The notes below the pieces were generated by a model. That model made no database searches. It was not told where the DNA came from and saw only the letters and a list, made by a program, of their open reading frames with translations. A stretch of 62,746 bases of DNA, the filler included, from Choristocarpus tenellus KU-1152 (lineage: Eukaryota; Protista; Phaeophyceae), in NCBI GenBank assembly GCA_964200185.2. It is 13 parts of 13 records of this genome, joined end to end, with 100 filler letters (N's around TTAATTAATTAA, not from the genome) between each part and the next. Parts side by side here need not be neighbours in the genome. Positions count along the whole stretch, not along the records: positions 36,111 to 42,730 come from CAXNAD020007734.1; positions 42,831 to 51,479 come from CAXNAD020004481.1; 11 more parts are not named here. One strand, given 5' to 3'. The translations under genes were made by a program, and so were the position numbers. Positions 36,504 to 48,686 of the stretch are shown in pieces. How positions within the stretch are numbered: the stretch's first letter is position 1; every line of letters begins with the position of its first letter.

Positions 36504-39344
36504 CTTGACTCCCCCCAACATCAGAATAACGCAGTTGAAGTCCCGCCCTCCTGAGATGAAAGTGGTCAAGCCGCCAGGCCCGGTCACAACAAATGGAAGG
36601 TTTTCACCCATCTCCCCCGCTTCGTCACCCCTGTCATCCATGTCGCCAAGCCCATGGGCTCCATACACCCCCTTGCCCCAGCACTGTGTGTGGACGGAAA
36701 GAGGGTGCAATTGGTACCAGGGGAAGGGAGGAGGGGATCACGCCAGTAGATGTTATTAGTAGCAACACTCGAGACTCCTGGGAGAAACTTTGTCGGTTTA
36801 GACACGTAACGGAAGTTCAGGTTTAGAGAAATGAAACCGAAAAAGTCGATTGTCTCAGCGGTACATTCATGCTCAGACAGTAACAGCAGCAGCAGCAGCA
36901 GCAGCAGCGATAGAGGTGGGGACGAACTGGGTTCAACACTCGTACAAGAAATGCAACCTTTCAAAAACTTGAAACAGCCCCAAATTCCATCCTCCGGCCC
37001 TTTTGGGTCATCAATCGGAGTTTCACCCCCACCGTGAAATGGTTGTTGCGATCATATCCCGTAACCATATTTTGCAACCAATGGAACTATATGGCGTCCA
37101 TCGATACACATGTGTTGTCCTATTGCCTTCATTTCAACAAAATATCTTAAGTACTCCTGAAAGACAGCAATCACACTTCCATCTATGCAGCATCAGTGCC
37201 CGTACCAACGCCAATTTTCCTTATCTCAGGTCATCACCTTGATTCCGCCCGTTGAAAAGACAGCACAGGGCCCCGCTCCTAGAGAAAAGGCTTCGTAGCC
37301 CACACCCAGGTCCACAACAGATAGTGATGGACCCAAAGGATTGGCAAAGGTCCCGAGATCTTCAGTGCTGCCCAGACCCAAATTCCCGTATTCCCCAGCC
37401 CCCCAGCACTGTGCAAATAATTAGACCACCAAAAAAGTATATTCCACGGGTGTAGTCAATGTGAGGTCGGTCAGGTAGGATGACAAAAGATGCCAGGCTG
37501 GCTGGGAGATGGGAAAAGGCTTAATAGCAGAACCAGTGCTTGTGACGCAAAATAGGACCGGGAATGGATCTGTGATGAAGGGAGAGAGTGTATACTCTTC
37601 GACAAGTTCGACAGGGTGCAAATGCTTGCATATGACATTCAAGTCTGTGTTGCATGGTTGGACCCTTGACAAGCGTTGGGATGGAAAATGCATCAGCTTG
37701 AGCCCAACAACAGCAAGAACAGTAGATGATACAGATCAATCACTAAATCTACTCGGCGTTGTACCATATCAAATTGAACCACAAAATACTACTGATGTAG
37801 ACATTGTAGACACTAAAGAATAAGAGTAATAGTAGCAACAAAGAAAGCAAAAGGCCCTCATTGACCAAACCATTCCACAAAATCCCACAAGACACGTAAG
37901 AACTGCATTTCGCAACTCAACTGGTTGCACAGGTTCCTCCTGTCAACATTCCCCCTTGTGATCATTACTGAAATCATTTAGACCAATTCGACAAAATTGA
38001 ACGAGCCATTCAAAAGCTCAAGTTCTAGTGACATTCTCAAGTCCCTCAACCCAAGGACTACCGCAGAGCTCACAGTGACTTTGAGAGTATCCAAGATGAC
38101 ACAGGTGAAGTCACCACTGGCCATCACGCTCACGGCAGTCCGACCGACGCCAAGGTTGACGGCTGGGAGTGCATCGCCCATTTCCAGTGGCTCGTCTCCT
38201 CGGTTGTTAGTGTCGCCCAGCCCCAGCTGCCCCTTGTCGTTCTTTCCAAAGCACTGTAAACAAGCAAGAAAAGCTGTAATATCAGAGAAGTTCAGCTTCC
38301 TCCAATATCTGACAAATCGCTTCTGGATTGCATTTGGTTGTATTAGCAACAACGAGATTTCATGTGGCGGTAGAGATAGTACTCGGCAACACTGTTCAAA
38401 AGGCTACGTCTGGGGTCAACTATGTACAATGTATGTTTCCTTCACATTACTTATCGTTTCGGAAACGTGGGTGGTGGTAAGCGGACCGCTTGCAAGACAA
38501 ATATGACTTTCCACTTTGGAGTCGAGAGCAAGAAATGTTTGAGGGTTTGCTTCATCGATATGAGTGTTTTCTTGTCGGGCACATTGAGACGGCATCATAC
38601 GTGACTGGTGGGGGGTATGAAGGCATGAAGAAATTCCATGTCTTCGCCACAAGCGACAACCGTTGATACATCGTTCAACCTCACTCGAATGCGTATCTAG
38701 ATGCTATATTTTTGCGAAAAGGTTATTCAACGGAGCTAGCTGTGGGGATCGTGCCTGGACTACTTCCATCAATTGACCATGACTATATATATTCATTTGT
38801 AGTATGTGTACCGTCATACCCTGTTCGGATACACTATTTATCGTGCCCGTGCGTCTCTGTCACCTTGAGGCTGGAATCAGACAAGATGGCACAAGTGTGA
38901 CCACTACCAGCGGAAAGCGCAACAACAGTCAGCCCAGTGCCCAAGTCAACAGCTCCAATAGCATTCCCCATGGATATGGGCGTTGCGCCACGGCTGACTG
39001 TATCACCCTGTCCTAGTTGACCGTAGTCATTTGCTCCGAAACACTGACGACCGTCACGGGAACGCCATTAGGGGATTGGAGGGGTTAGTACGCTGAGATG
39101 TTGGGAATGCCCGAAAGTCACACTGTGAGGTAAAGATGTAAATGGAAGAATTAAGGGCATTCCACTATTCAGCATTCACCCATCATCCCCAAAATTCCTT
39201 TCCTGGTCAGGTCACCTTAAGAGCATCGTTATCCAGAACAACGCAGGTATGTCCCGACCCTGTAGCAAAACCTTCCACTCTGCGCGTACCACAGAGTCCC
39301 AGCCACAAAGCCACCAGTGAGATTCTCCTTAAGCCCGTCATCAT
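36504..39344 (-). CDS. RCC1-like repeat protein with putative signal peptide, 3'-partial (exons 39344-39216, 39043-38864, 38253-38074, 37408-37238, 36683-36504)
   Basis: All introns are GT-AG and phase 0. Exon 1 is MMTGLRRISLVALWLGLCGTRRVEGFATGSGHTCVVLDNDALK. Exons 2-5 (180, 180, 171, 180 nt) each encode one unit of the type C(F/W)G.N.YGQLG.GD...RG....MG..L..VDLG....AG..HTCAIL....K. Confidence 0.92.
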
Positions 39345-40959
39345 TCACTGAAAGCACCCCCAAACGGAAAAAACTTGAACACTGAAAAGCTGAAAGACAA
39401 CTACAGCGACCTTAGTAAGTCGGGGTAAAGAAAAATGCAAACCCCAGATTCACCTTCCACTCAACTCACAACAAACAGCATAGAAAACAAGCAGACACAG
39501 CTATAAATGGGAAAGGTAGGGTGTTATTTGGGACTCAACATCCAAGCCCCAGACCCAACCGCATAAACCTTCAAACACCCCACTCGATGTGATAGAACTG
39601 TAACCGAAATATGGTCAGGTGGATCTCGGATGCTTCCATAGATGTGACAAAGGAACAGAATGATCAACATCATATTTCATATCATTTGAAAATATTCAGA
39701 GTTTGGAGGGAGGAGGAATATTCTTAGTGTGTTGTCAGATGCTCCACCAATAAATTGCAAAAACAAAATAAGTAGAATGTTGAAATGATACTCTTCCATG
39801 AAAAATGTTTTTGCGGTTTGTACTATAGATTGATATATCCCGAATCTTGAAACTCGATCAATAAGAAGAATGCGAGAAACGTATGAAAGTTGATAAATTT
39901 GATTTAGTTCTGACTACAGTGAAAAAGAAAAAACGTAACTAAGATGTCTTCCCGTAACCCTGTCATAACAAGTACAATATCAATCATATCCAAAAAATTA
40001 GTGATGTATCCCACGAAAATTTTATGTATGTAGACGATAAGAATCAATCCTTCACTGACTTTAAAAGCTTCCTTCCGCCCATTGCGCTATAACAAAATAG
40101 ACAAAAATATATATATAGGATAAGGATGATGCAAATATATTGAAAATTGGAAAAATCATATATGTTACTCTATTATTAAATATTAAAATAATATATGACA
40201 ACAGTTCTCAAAACAAATCTTAATTTCCAAAAAGTATTATGTGTTCAACTTTTTGATATATTTTAGGGGAAGATGGGTTTTTTCCATTATTGTTCCACCA
40301 TCTCTGTTTTGTTTGTGTTTGAGTTTAGGGAATGACTCAGTCAAGACAAGTGATGAGAGTACTAGAAAGTATCATACATCCTATGGGGTGTGATGGGTAA
40401 GTTTGGTGGGACCTGTAAACATCATATTCATCGCCATTTTCATGTCGGCATAAGGACATTTGTCCAGATCATTGTGAGTGCTCGAATGTTTCGCCATTGA
40501 AAATTTTCCTCACCAAAGGTGTGTCCTTGCCTTGTCAGCGTTCAACTTATTTTTTCCGCAAACTTACCGTCGTGATTGAAAGGTTCAGCGTGGAAGGTAG
40601 TGGTCCTGAAGAAGACATATGTAAGAGTATATCAAGAGAACTGCGAAGAATATAACAATAGGGAAGTGTAACGGAGGAAGGAAAATTTTTTAGCACCTAA
40701 ACTACTACTACGAAGTATTGTGATTGATTTGTGCCCATGGTGCGTACATTGTCTCACGAACTCAGAGGTTGATGGAGATTACTACTGTGATGGTAACTAC
40801 TGATATACATAAAACATTTTTGATGTGTCCGAGAAATAAGAACTCTAACTCATTAGATAAAATATTGGAAACCAGACTGCAGGGTAATGGTACAGACCGA
40901 CAAGTTTGTCTTTTTAGGATGCACTGTCACTGATGATCCTGGTATCACCGCAAAAATCG

Positions 40960-41440
40960 CACTGGATCCAACACCATGGATGGGGGCGCTTGATTAAGTG
41001 CAGTAAAGAACTATAAGATTGGGCAATCGGCGTTCTACTTGAGCTGAAGATTCAAATACTCAGGTCGACGTACTCAAGGTTCTGTTGTATGGATGATAAC
41101 CAGGACACTCAGCATAGACCTCTTTTACCTAGCGCTGCGAGCTCCTCGAGCTCAACATGGGGGTTCCGTAAGAGGAAACGTACTTATTACCCCTAGCTAC
41201 ATGAAGAGGGCCCTGTGAGGAGTACGTTTGAAAGCATCAAGGCGACTGTGACACACACAAACAAAGGCTGTTGTTTATGGGTTTCATATTGTGCATGAAT
41301 GATGCTCACTTGTCCAAAAACTTAGTATTTGGGGAAATCGCGCGAGGGAAGAAACCTAAGGGAAAGCTGGACGGGGGGACTGGAGAAAAACTGGTGGATG
41401 GTGCCTATAGAATGGCCCAAGTATTCTGAAATCCCAACAG
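40960..41440 (+). mobile_element. RTE-clade LINE remnant, C-terminal region
   Basis: WGRLIKCSKEL..LELKIQILRS..GFRKRKRTY..FESIKATV..MNDAHLSKNLVFGEIARG..GGLEKNW across frameshifts. Confidence 0.75.
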
Positions 41441-42629
41441 AAAAGGGAGTTCTACTTGCAGCGGACCCAAACAAATAGTATATCGGTGTTGTGTGGAATG
41501 TATATACAAAGTAACTTCATAGACGTCTGGTCTGGCATACTAGGAAGCCTGAAGCAGCCAGAACTCGCCACACAAAAGCAGCCATATTCAATACGCATGA
41601 CACTCCCTGAAGGGCCTAAGGTATCGAGTATGGGATCTAGGTTGGAATACACCCTCCTCCGTAAAGGTGGTCGTATTTATTTACTTCCTGACGTAATGAA
41701 CATTTCTTATTTCTGAATGTGTTTGTGTAGATTAATTATACTTTCGATATTAGTCCTCTTTCTGCAATGTTCTTGCATATTATGAATCTCTCTCTTCTCA
41801 CTGTTTTGTTAGATAGGTAGTCTGTTCAATTTGCTGGTCTCTTTTAGAATACTTTTTTGAACACCGAGTCTAAGCATGATGTATGTTGATTGATCACAAG
41901 TGTCAAAATTTTGACTATCATCGCATTAGCCATCCAACTAGTGCGAGACAATAAATCCATTGATCAATCATTAGAACGAAACTAGAGAACCCTTGAGAGA
42001 GGAGGGACTGCCAGCTACATAGGGGGCTCAATCCGACTTGAGGTATGGGAATTTGGGAATATGGAGCGGATGGTGGTCGCTTGAAAATCCGAACCAAGCA
42101 AAGAATGCCAAGAGCAAGGTGGGTCGCATGGTAGTACTGATGAAGTAGTTCTGGGTTTGTGAGCGCAATGTGATTGACTCCAAGAGACATGGAGGAAAAT
42201 CTTGTGTTGAACTTTCCAAGCCTAACTACGCCATGTTTTCTGGAGGAGATGAAGACAGCAGTAATCCACATGGCGGCTGGCAGTGAAGGAGAGAATAAAT
42301 CCTAAGACAGACTACCCGTGAAGTAGAGTGCTTGGCGATCGAATGATGAAGGTCTAGTTAGTGATGAAAGACACCTCAACTGCGGTTACCTTAATGCGGG
42401 ATATGCCCCCAAAAGAGAAAAGCACCAGAGATAGTCAAGGACGATGTCTGCACAACAAGGAGAGGTGAGGGATGGAAGTATTGCAACAGCGAGGTACTTG
42501 AGGCATGTGGCTGTGATGTGTATGTCATGAACAGCAATGTGGTAAAAATCTATTGATGCTTGTAAGAGAATAGCACATTTCCGCTTGTCAACGCGTTCTT
42601 TAGTGCAAATATCCAAGATAAAAGCATCT

Positions 42630-42730
42630 GGGCCAAAGTATCTGGGGGGGGGGGGGGGGGCCCATTCGGGGGCTATTTTACCATATCACGTTCCTCGAAT
42701 AAGTGGCTTGTATGGGGGGGGTTTAAGGTT
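42630..42730 (+). mobile_element. MITE family A-like left end at contig end
   Basis: GGGCCAAAGTATCT, poly-G, CCCATTCGG. Confidence 0.7.
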
Positions 42731-43420
42731 NNNNNNNNNNNNNNNNNNNNNNNNNNNNNNNNNNNNNNNNNNNNTTAATTAATTAANNNNNNNNNNNNNN
42801 NNNNNNNNNNNNNNNNNNNNNNNNNNNNNNTTTTTTTTTTTTTATTTTTATTATTATTTTTTTTTTTTTACCCTGAGGTTTTATTTTTTGTTCACCCCCC
42901 CCCCCCCCCTGCTTATTGCATTGGGATAATATACGGGTACGTTTTTTCAAATTTTAAACTAGATGGACCGCAATATGACACACTAGAGATGTGATGTCAC
43001 CCAGTACCCTACTGGGGCTTCCACAACGCACCCGTTTAGAAAGGGTTAGGGTAAGGGTGATATCATTTAATACCATCTTAGAACAACAAGGGAACCAAGT
43101 ACTGAGACTCCACTTAAGTTTAGTATAGTGGTAGTAACCTCACATTTGTATGTGATTGTTTTTTTACTCTTTTTATTTGCAATGTAAGATTCGTCCTACT
43201 AACCCTAGCCCTAACCCTAACCCTGAGTAGTAGTGCGAGTTGATTCTTTCCTACTAAAATCGCAAACATTAATGCCTGTGCAAGGTTGTTGTTTCCTGTA
43301 GAATCACAATGTGAGATTTGTATGTATATCGAGATGAGGTAGGGGGGGATTAGCAATGCACAAATTACCTCTAACCTCCTCTCCATGGCATAGCGAGGGA
43401 AGTCACTTACGTAATCGCAA

Positions 43421-43690
43421 CTTAGGGTTAGGGTTAGAAATTGTGTGTAACTTAGGGTTAGGGTTAGAAATTGTGTGTAACTTGGGGTTAGGGTTAGAAA
43501 TTGTGTGTAACTTAGGGTTAGGGTTAGAAATTGTGTGTAACTTGGGGTTAGGGTTAGAAATTGTGTGTAACTTAGGGTTAGGGTTAGAAATTGTGTGTAA
43601 CTTAGGGTTAGGGTTAGAAATTGTGTGTAACTTGGGGTTAGGGTTAGAAATTGTGTGTAACTTAGGGTTAGGGTTAGAAATTGTGTATAC
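43421..43690 (+). repeat. Minisatellite, 9 x 30 bp, containing TTAGGG
   Basis: Unit CTT(A/G)GGGTTAGGGTTAGAAATTGTGTGTAA, head to tail with no spacers. Confidence 0.97.
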
Positions 43691-43910
43691 GCGCTAACCT
43701 CTATCAAGGTTGTATTGACAAAGCGGGATCTGTATGTCATTCCATCTTTGAATTGTACTCAGTAACATGATCTGTGGTAAAAAATAATTCCTGGGTAGAA
43801 GTGATTTATATTTTGTTTTATTTATATTTTGTGCGTCTTCAGCTCATTCTTCAGCTGTCACACACAAAATCTTTGTTACACGTTATTTTTGTTTTCTACT
43901 GATTTTGTGA

Positions 43911-44150
43911 ATCAAAAATTAGATTATTATTCGAATGACAAATTGATTATTATTAGAATCACCAAATAGATGATTATTATTAGAATCACCAATTAGATTA
44001 TTATTATTAGAATCACATATTAGATCATTATTATTAGAATCTCCAATTAGATTAGTATTATTAGAATCACAAATTAGATTATTATTAGAATCACCAATTA
44101 GATTACTATTATTAGAATCAAAAATTAGATTATTATTAGAATCGCCAATT
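43911..44150 (+). repeat. AT-rich minisatellite, ~9 units of 24-27 bp
   Basis: Unit about AATTAGA(TTA)nGAATCACC with a variable number of TTA triplets. Confidence 0.9.
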
Positions 44151-45264
44151 TTCCGATTATGTGAATGGTAGAGTGTACTGGGCAAGTAGAGTCTGTCACA
44201 AAAAAACAATATTAAATAGAAATACGGAAGATTGGAGCATTTGGCACAAATCACGCCTTCCATCCACTCTCTTGCAGAGGTGCTTGACCTTCACCAATGG
44301 AGACCTTTCTCTGTACGGCTTGTATACGCTTGGGGCCATGTCTGTCCACAGCAGGCGGGTGTGGTGGACAGGTTGGGGGGGGATTGAGAGGTTCACCTCG
44401 CCCCATTCCTTCCAAGGGATTGAACCTATCTCTGTCCCATGTAGCAGTTTGTCCTGTAGAAGAAGATAGCTCAGTTAATTGGGGAGTGTTTCACCAGTTA
44501 TATATATATATATATAATGTATGTTACACCAGATTTATATTTTTTATATTCCCTAGGTGTATTATCTGGGATATATGCCCTGCTGCCCCCCCTCATTCCG
44601 AATGTTATTAATTTGGGTTACATTTTTTTTTTTTCTGACCTTTTTTGAAAAAGAGGAAGTAGTTGAGGAAAATTTTCCTAGGAAGGCGCAGGCGCTCCTA
44701 GAGGTCGTTTTTAATGTTTTCCACACCACGCGCGCGCGCGCGCGCGTGTGTGTGTATGATTGTATTTCTATTTGCGTGGTAAAAGCTTGTAACGGGTATC
44801 TGTCAACTCTTGCGCTGCTCCTTACACATAATCTGTCCCCCGTTCCTGTTCCAGTTTGTGTACATTCATAAGATAAGCCAGTTGCAGCATTAAGAGACTT
44901 TGGGGTTTGGTACGCCTGAGAGGCGTGAAGATTTTGTTTTTCTTACGTAAGAACAGGCTTGAGACCTCCGTCCGTTTATGCCCACCTCCACTATTAATGA
45001 TACCCCTGCTCATCATGCACAACAGTAGTTGGCCTCTTCTTCGGAGGTTACACATCGTTGTATGATGATGGTTAATACGAACCCCTTTGCCCACATATCA
45101 ATTTATTTCGGAGATCACAATGCGTACGTACATAAATATAAATATATATAAATATAAATATATATATATGTGTGTGTGTGTGTTAAAAAATCTGTCAAAA
45201 TATATCTATATCTCTATATACATTATGCATACATAGACATGTATTTATTTTTTTATTTGTTCAG

Positions 45265-46305
45265 GTTCGACTTGGTCTCATCTTCACTCGAGCCTCCAAG
45301 GGAAAGGACCCCGAACCGGCTATTTTTTTCCACTACTCCGATGATGATGTGACCGGACCCGCACTCCAGGAGTCCTGGCGGGTGGGTATCGGTGAGGGGG
45401 TTGCTGGTGGGGGTTATACTGGTGACAGGTACAGTGATGGCCCTGGTAGTGGGTGGGGAGGAGAAGGGACTGAGAGGCAAGGACTAAGAGAAGAAATAGG
45501 TGGAGGGAGGACTGACAAAGGGGATCCGGGGAGTTCAATGCCAAGCTTGGCTGGATCGAGCATGCATGGAAATGATGCATTTGACTTTGGAGAGTATGGT
45601 GGGTGTGGTGGTGGGGTTGGGGGTGGGGGTGGGGGTGGGGAGAGCTGGGTAGATGGAGTTTCATGGCAGGAGGGGCTGGTAGAGGGACTCGGACACGGCC
45701 CGGGGAGGAGGTTGGAGGAGGGATCAGGCTGTGAGGGGGAGGGTTTGTCAAGGGTGAAGGAGTGGGTAGAGGTCGGAAATGAGCAGAGGGGCAAAGAAGA
45801 TGAGCAAGGACTCGGTGTTAGAGTTGTAGAGGAGGGGAATGGACCACTATTCCCAGAGGTGGTGATGTCAAGGGTTAGGGAAATAGAAGGGGAAGGGGTG
45901 CATGGTGATGGGTCGGTGGGAGAAGGATGGAAGGGTGGTTCGCCATTGAGGTTACATAGTGGGGGCTATGGGAAAGGGCTGGGGGTAGAAGGAAGGAGAA
46001 ACAATAATGTGCTTTTTCAAGGTCAGAGGGAGAGGCACGGATCTCCTCCTGGAGACGTGGATTGGTCGGTGGCACCTGGGAGCAGGACAAATGGATATGA
46101 TGGGGCAGATCCGTGGGCATCTTTGGAGCAGGGGCACCAGTGGGGCGTGTCTGATGTAGAGGGGATAGGTCAGGGCTATTGGCAGGGGGATCAGGGTGCT
46201 GTTGATGGTCAACAGAGTAGTCAGTCTGTGGAGCCGAATGGGGGATGTAGAGGAGGTGTACGAGGTCCAGGTGGTGACTATCAGTATGATGTTGATGGAG
46301 AGTAG
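45265..46305 (+). CDS. Large Gly/Glu-rich exon of an uncharacterised protein
   Basis: Polypyrimidine-CAG acceptor at 45264, then an open frame of ~346 codons starting VRLGLIFTRASKGKDPEPAIFFHYSDDDV. Ends at TAG 46305 or at a GT donor just before it. Confidence 0.65.
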   Translation, partial: VRLGLIFTRASKGKDPEPAIFFHYSDDDVTGPALQESWRVGIGEGVAGGGYTGDRYSDGPGSGWGGEGTERQGLREEIGGGRTDKGDPGSSMPSLAGSSMHGNDAFDFGEYGGCGGGVGGGGGGGESWVDGVSWQEGLVEGLGHGPGRRLEEGSGCEGEGLSRVKEWVEVGNEQRGKEDEQGLGVRVVEEGNGPLFPEVVMSRVREIEGEGVHGDGSVGEGWKGGSPLRLHSGGYGKGLGVEGRRNNNVLFQGQRERHGSPPGDVDWSVAPGSRTNGYDGADPWASLEQGHQWGVSDVEGIGQGYWQGDQGAVDGQQSSQSVEPNGGCRGGVRGPGGDYQYDVDGE

Positions 46306-46604
46306 GCAGGCGTATATTGAGGAGAAGTGTGAGTGTGTGGCGCGCGTGTGTGTGGTGTTTTGAGCAGGATAATGTATTGGTTGTAAGACCGCCTAGAAGC
46401 TGTGAGGAACTTGAATGAGAAGGAGCGTCTGGTTGGTTGGCACTAATAGTGATAAGTATACAGCACAAAGATCATGGTAGAGGTCTTTTTTAGTACTTTG
46501 TAAAGCCTGAGCATGGTATAGCAACTCTTCATTATAGCTTATCTACATGTGTGTCTGTTAGTGTTTCGAATCGCGGCCGTAAAAAAAAAATGTTGAGCTG
46601 TTAC

Positions 46605-46616
46605 ACATTACACACA

Positions 46617-46660
<44 letters not shown>
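46605..46660. repeat. (CA)n microsatellite
   Basis: Direct reading. Others: (TA)n ~31368-31400 and ~57780-57803, (GA)n ~50457-50491. Confidence 0.9.
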
Positions 46661-46661
<1 letters not shown>

Positions 46662-48447
46662 GTTTTTAGTATGTTCCTCCAGGGGGAGATGCACCTTGTC
46701 CGTTTGTTTTAATCGCGATTTCTGCTCCGCTTTGATATATATATTTTTTAACCTGTGTTTGTATCAATATTGTCGTTTCATGTGTTTGGCCTTTACTACT
46801 GTCTGTGCGAGAAAATGCGGTCATAGAAGGATAGTATTTTATTTGTGTCTGTGTCGTACATACATAGTGTGTCTCCAACACCTAATAGCACACCTAGTGC
46901 CTACGTTGTGTATTGTTTTTTGGACCGAAGGCATCTGTTGGAAAGAGTGGGATCAGGCCCACATTCAAGGAACTCGTTCAGGCATGATGAATGCAAGACA
47001 GATATATTTTACAACCATATTTTTTTTGAGAGGGGGAATTGTTTTTATTATTCCTGTCGTTGAAGTGGATTGCTTTTCGTGTTTTTTTTTTCTTCCAAGA
47101 AATGCTCGCAACAAGAAGAGTGTTGCTGTTCAGCAATAAATTGATGATGCATCAAATTTGCTGAGCACTTACTCTCACAAGAAGAGTGTTGCTTTCTGAT
47201 ATTGGATGTCGTCAAAGACAAGATCTTATCATTAATATTGGGAGGTCGCGAGTATCGAGGAGGGATACAAGTAGGGCCTAATCTGGCTGCTGATTTTAAC
47301 AAAAGAAGTCTACTGGCTAAATGCATATGGGGGATGGGGGGGGTTGACAGGCTGATATGATACAATAATGATGTAAGGTGACTGCTGACGCTGTATCTAT
47401 CATAATGCCGTTGCTCGTTCGTTTTAACCACAGTTACATTTACATTGTACAGCAAATGAAATCATGGTGATGTTTGCATCCCTCTTTGGGCTCAAGTGTG
47501 TATGCACCACTTCGAAAGGAGGAGCATGCTGTGTCTGGTGTACCTAGTTGTAGGATGTGCATGAGTTCGAGTCAGCCTGTGTTGATTGTACCAATAACAA
47601 GGTGTGGTGATTGATGAACATGTCATGAAGTGAAATTTACTGGTCTCCACTAGAACGTGGTTAGGACCTCCAAGCTTCTCCTATAGGTAGATGCTATTGG
47701 GCAAGAAATGTGTGACCCCACCGTACACGAACAAAGCTCTAATCTACGTGCCTGTGACGGGTGATATTTGCGTTTTCCAACATGGGAAGGGGGTGGGGTG
47801 TATGGTCGAAGTCTTTGTAAGACCCTTAAGGGTGCAATATGGGTCAATCTCTTGTCTTGGTCTGTGTTGACATCTACTCTGGTAGGTGCTATGGATTTAC
47901 GACCACTGATTGAAGGAGAGGAGGGTATGGTGTATTAGAGGAGATGGATTTGCGTTGTGCACCATTCCAGGTCTTTAACCATAAGCACCCAACGAATAGG
48001 GTTTGTCATAATTATGGCATCACTACAAGCCCAAACGGGTGTGAGACTCGAATTTTCAATGGGTAGCATGTATAGGATAGACTAGATAATGAGATGTGCT
48101 TAACCTACACTCTGCTTTACAGGTAAGGTCGCCAAAAAATAGAGATATTATTGTAATCCAAAACTTCATAATTATGACCCTAACTCTAAGCCTATCCCCA
48201 TCCCTAGGCATTCTGTGAAGTATAGATTTCCTCGAGCTGTGTAATTGTAGTACTCAGTACAAGCTAGCTACAAGCCCTTGGTGGCACACCCCAGAGCCAA
48301 CGGCCCTCTTACATATATTTCAGAGATTTCAATGCACCAGAAGAGTTGGAAACCCATCCCCCTCTCCTCTCTTTACCATCACTCTGATCCCCATACTACG
48401 GTACAATACTCAAGTTCCTGATATTACTAGCAAATGCGGAGCAACTA

Positions 48448-48686
48448 GCTCTCTCAGAAAACATACTCACTGCCACTTACTTCTGCCTTTCAATCAAGGG
48501 TTCAACTTCCAACTTGTTGTACTGGGGAAGCAGCGAAAGAGGCTGCTTCGCACCATTTTGCAAACGTAGATCAGCTTGCTCTCTCAGAAAACATACACAC
48601 TAGCACTTAATCCTGCCTTTCCAAGCAGGGGGTCAACGTCCAACTTGTTGTGCAGGGGATACAGCGGAAGAGATCGTTCCACCACT
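48448..48686. repeat. Diverged 130-bp tandem duplication
   Basis: GCTCTCTCAGAAAACATAC...TCCAACTTGTTGT at 48448 and again at 48578. Confidence 0.85.

Noticed and set aside
39600-40400. Endogenous giant-virus or other foreign insertion in the AT-rich stretch
   Set aside because: No long intronless ORFs or viral hallmark genes; more simply intron or upstream DNA of the RCC1-like gene.
41918-42600. Further Copia RT remnant
   Set aside because: Purine-rich and suggestive, but no motif was clear enough to support a call.
43421-43690. CRISPR array
   Set aside because: The 30-bp units are contiguous with no unique spacers, no cas genes are present, and the context is eukaryotic.
43120-44263. ORFs 43120-43740, 43356-43697 and 43919-44263 as repeat proteins
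   Set aside because: They are open only because the minisatellite units are multiples of 3; no splice or homology support.
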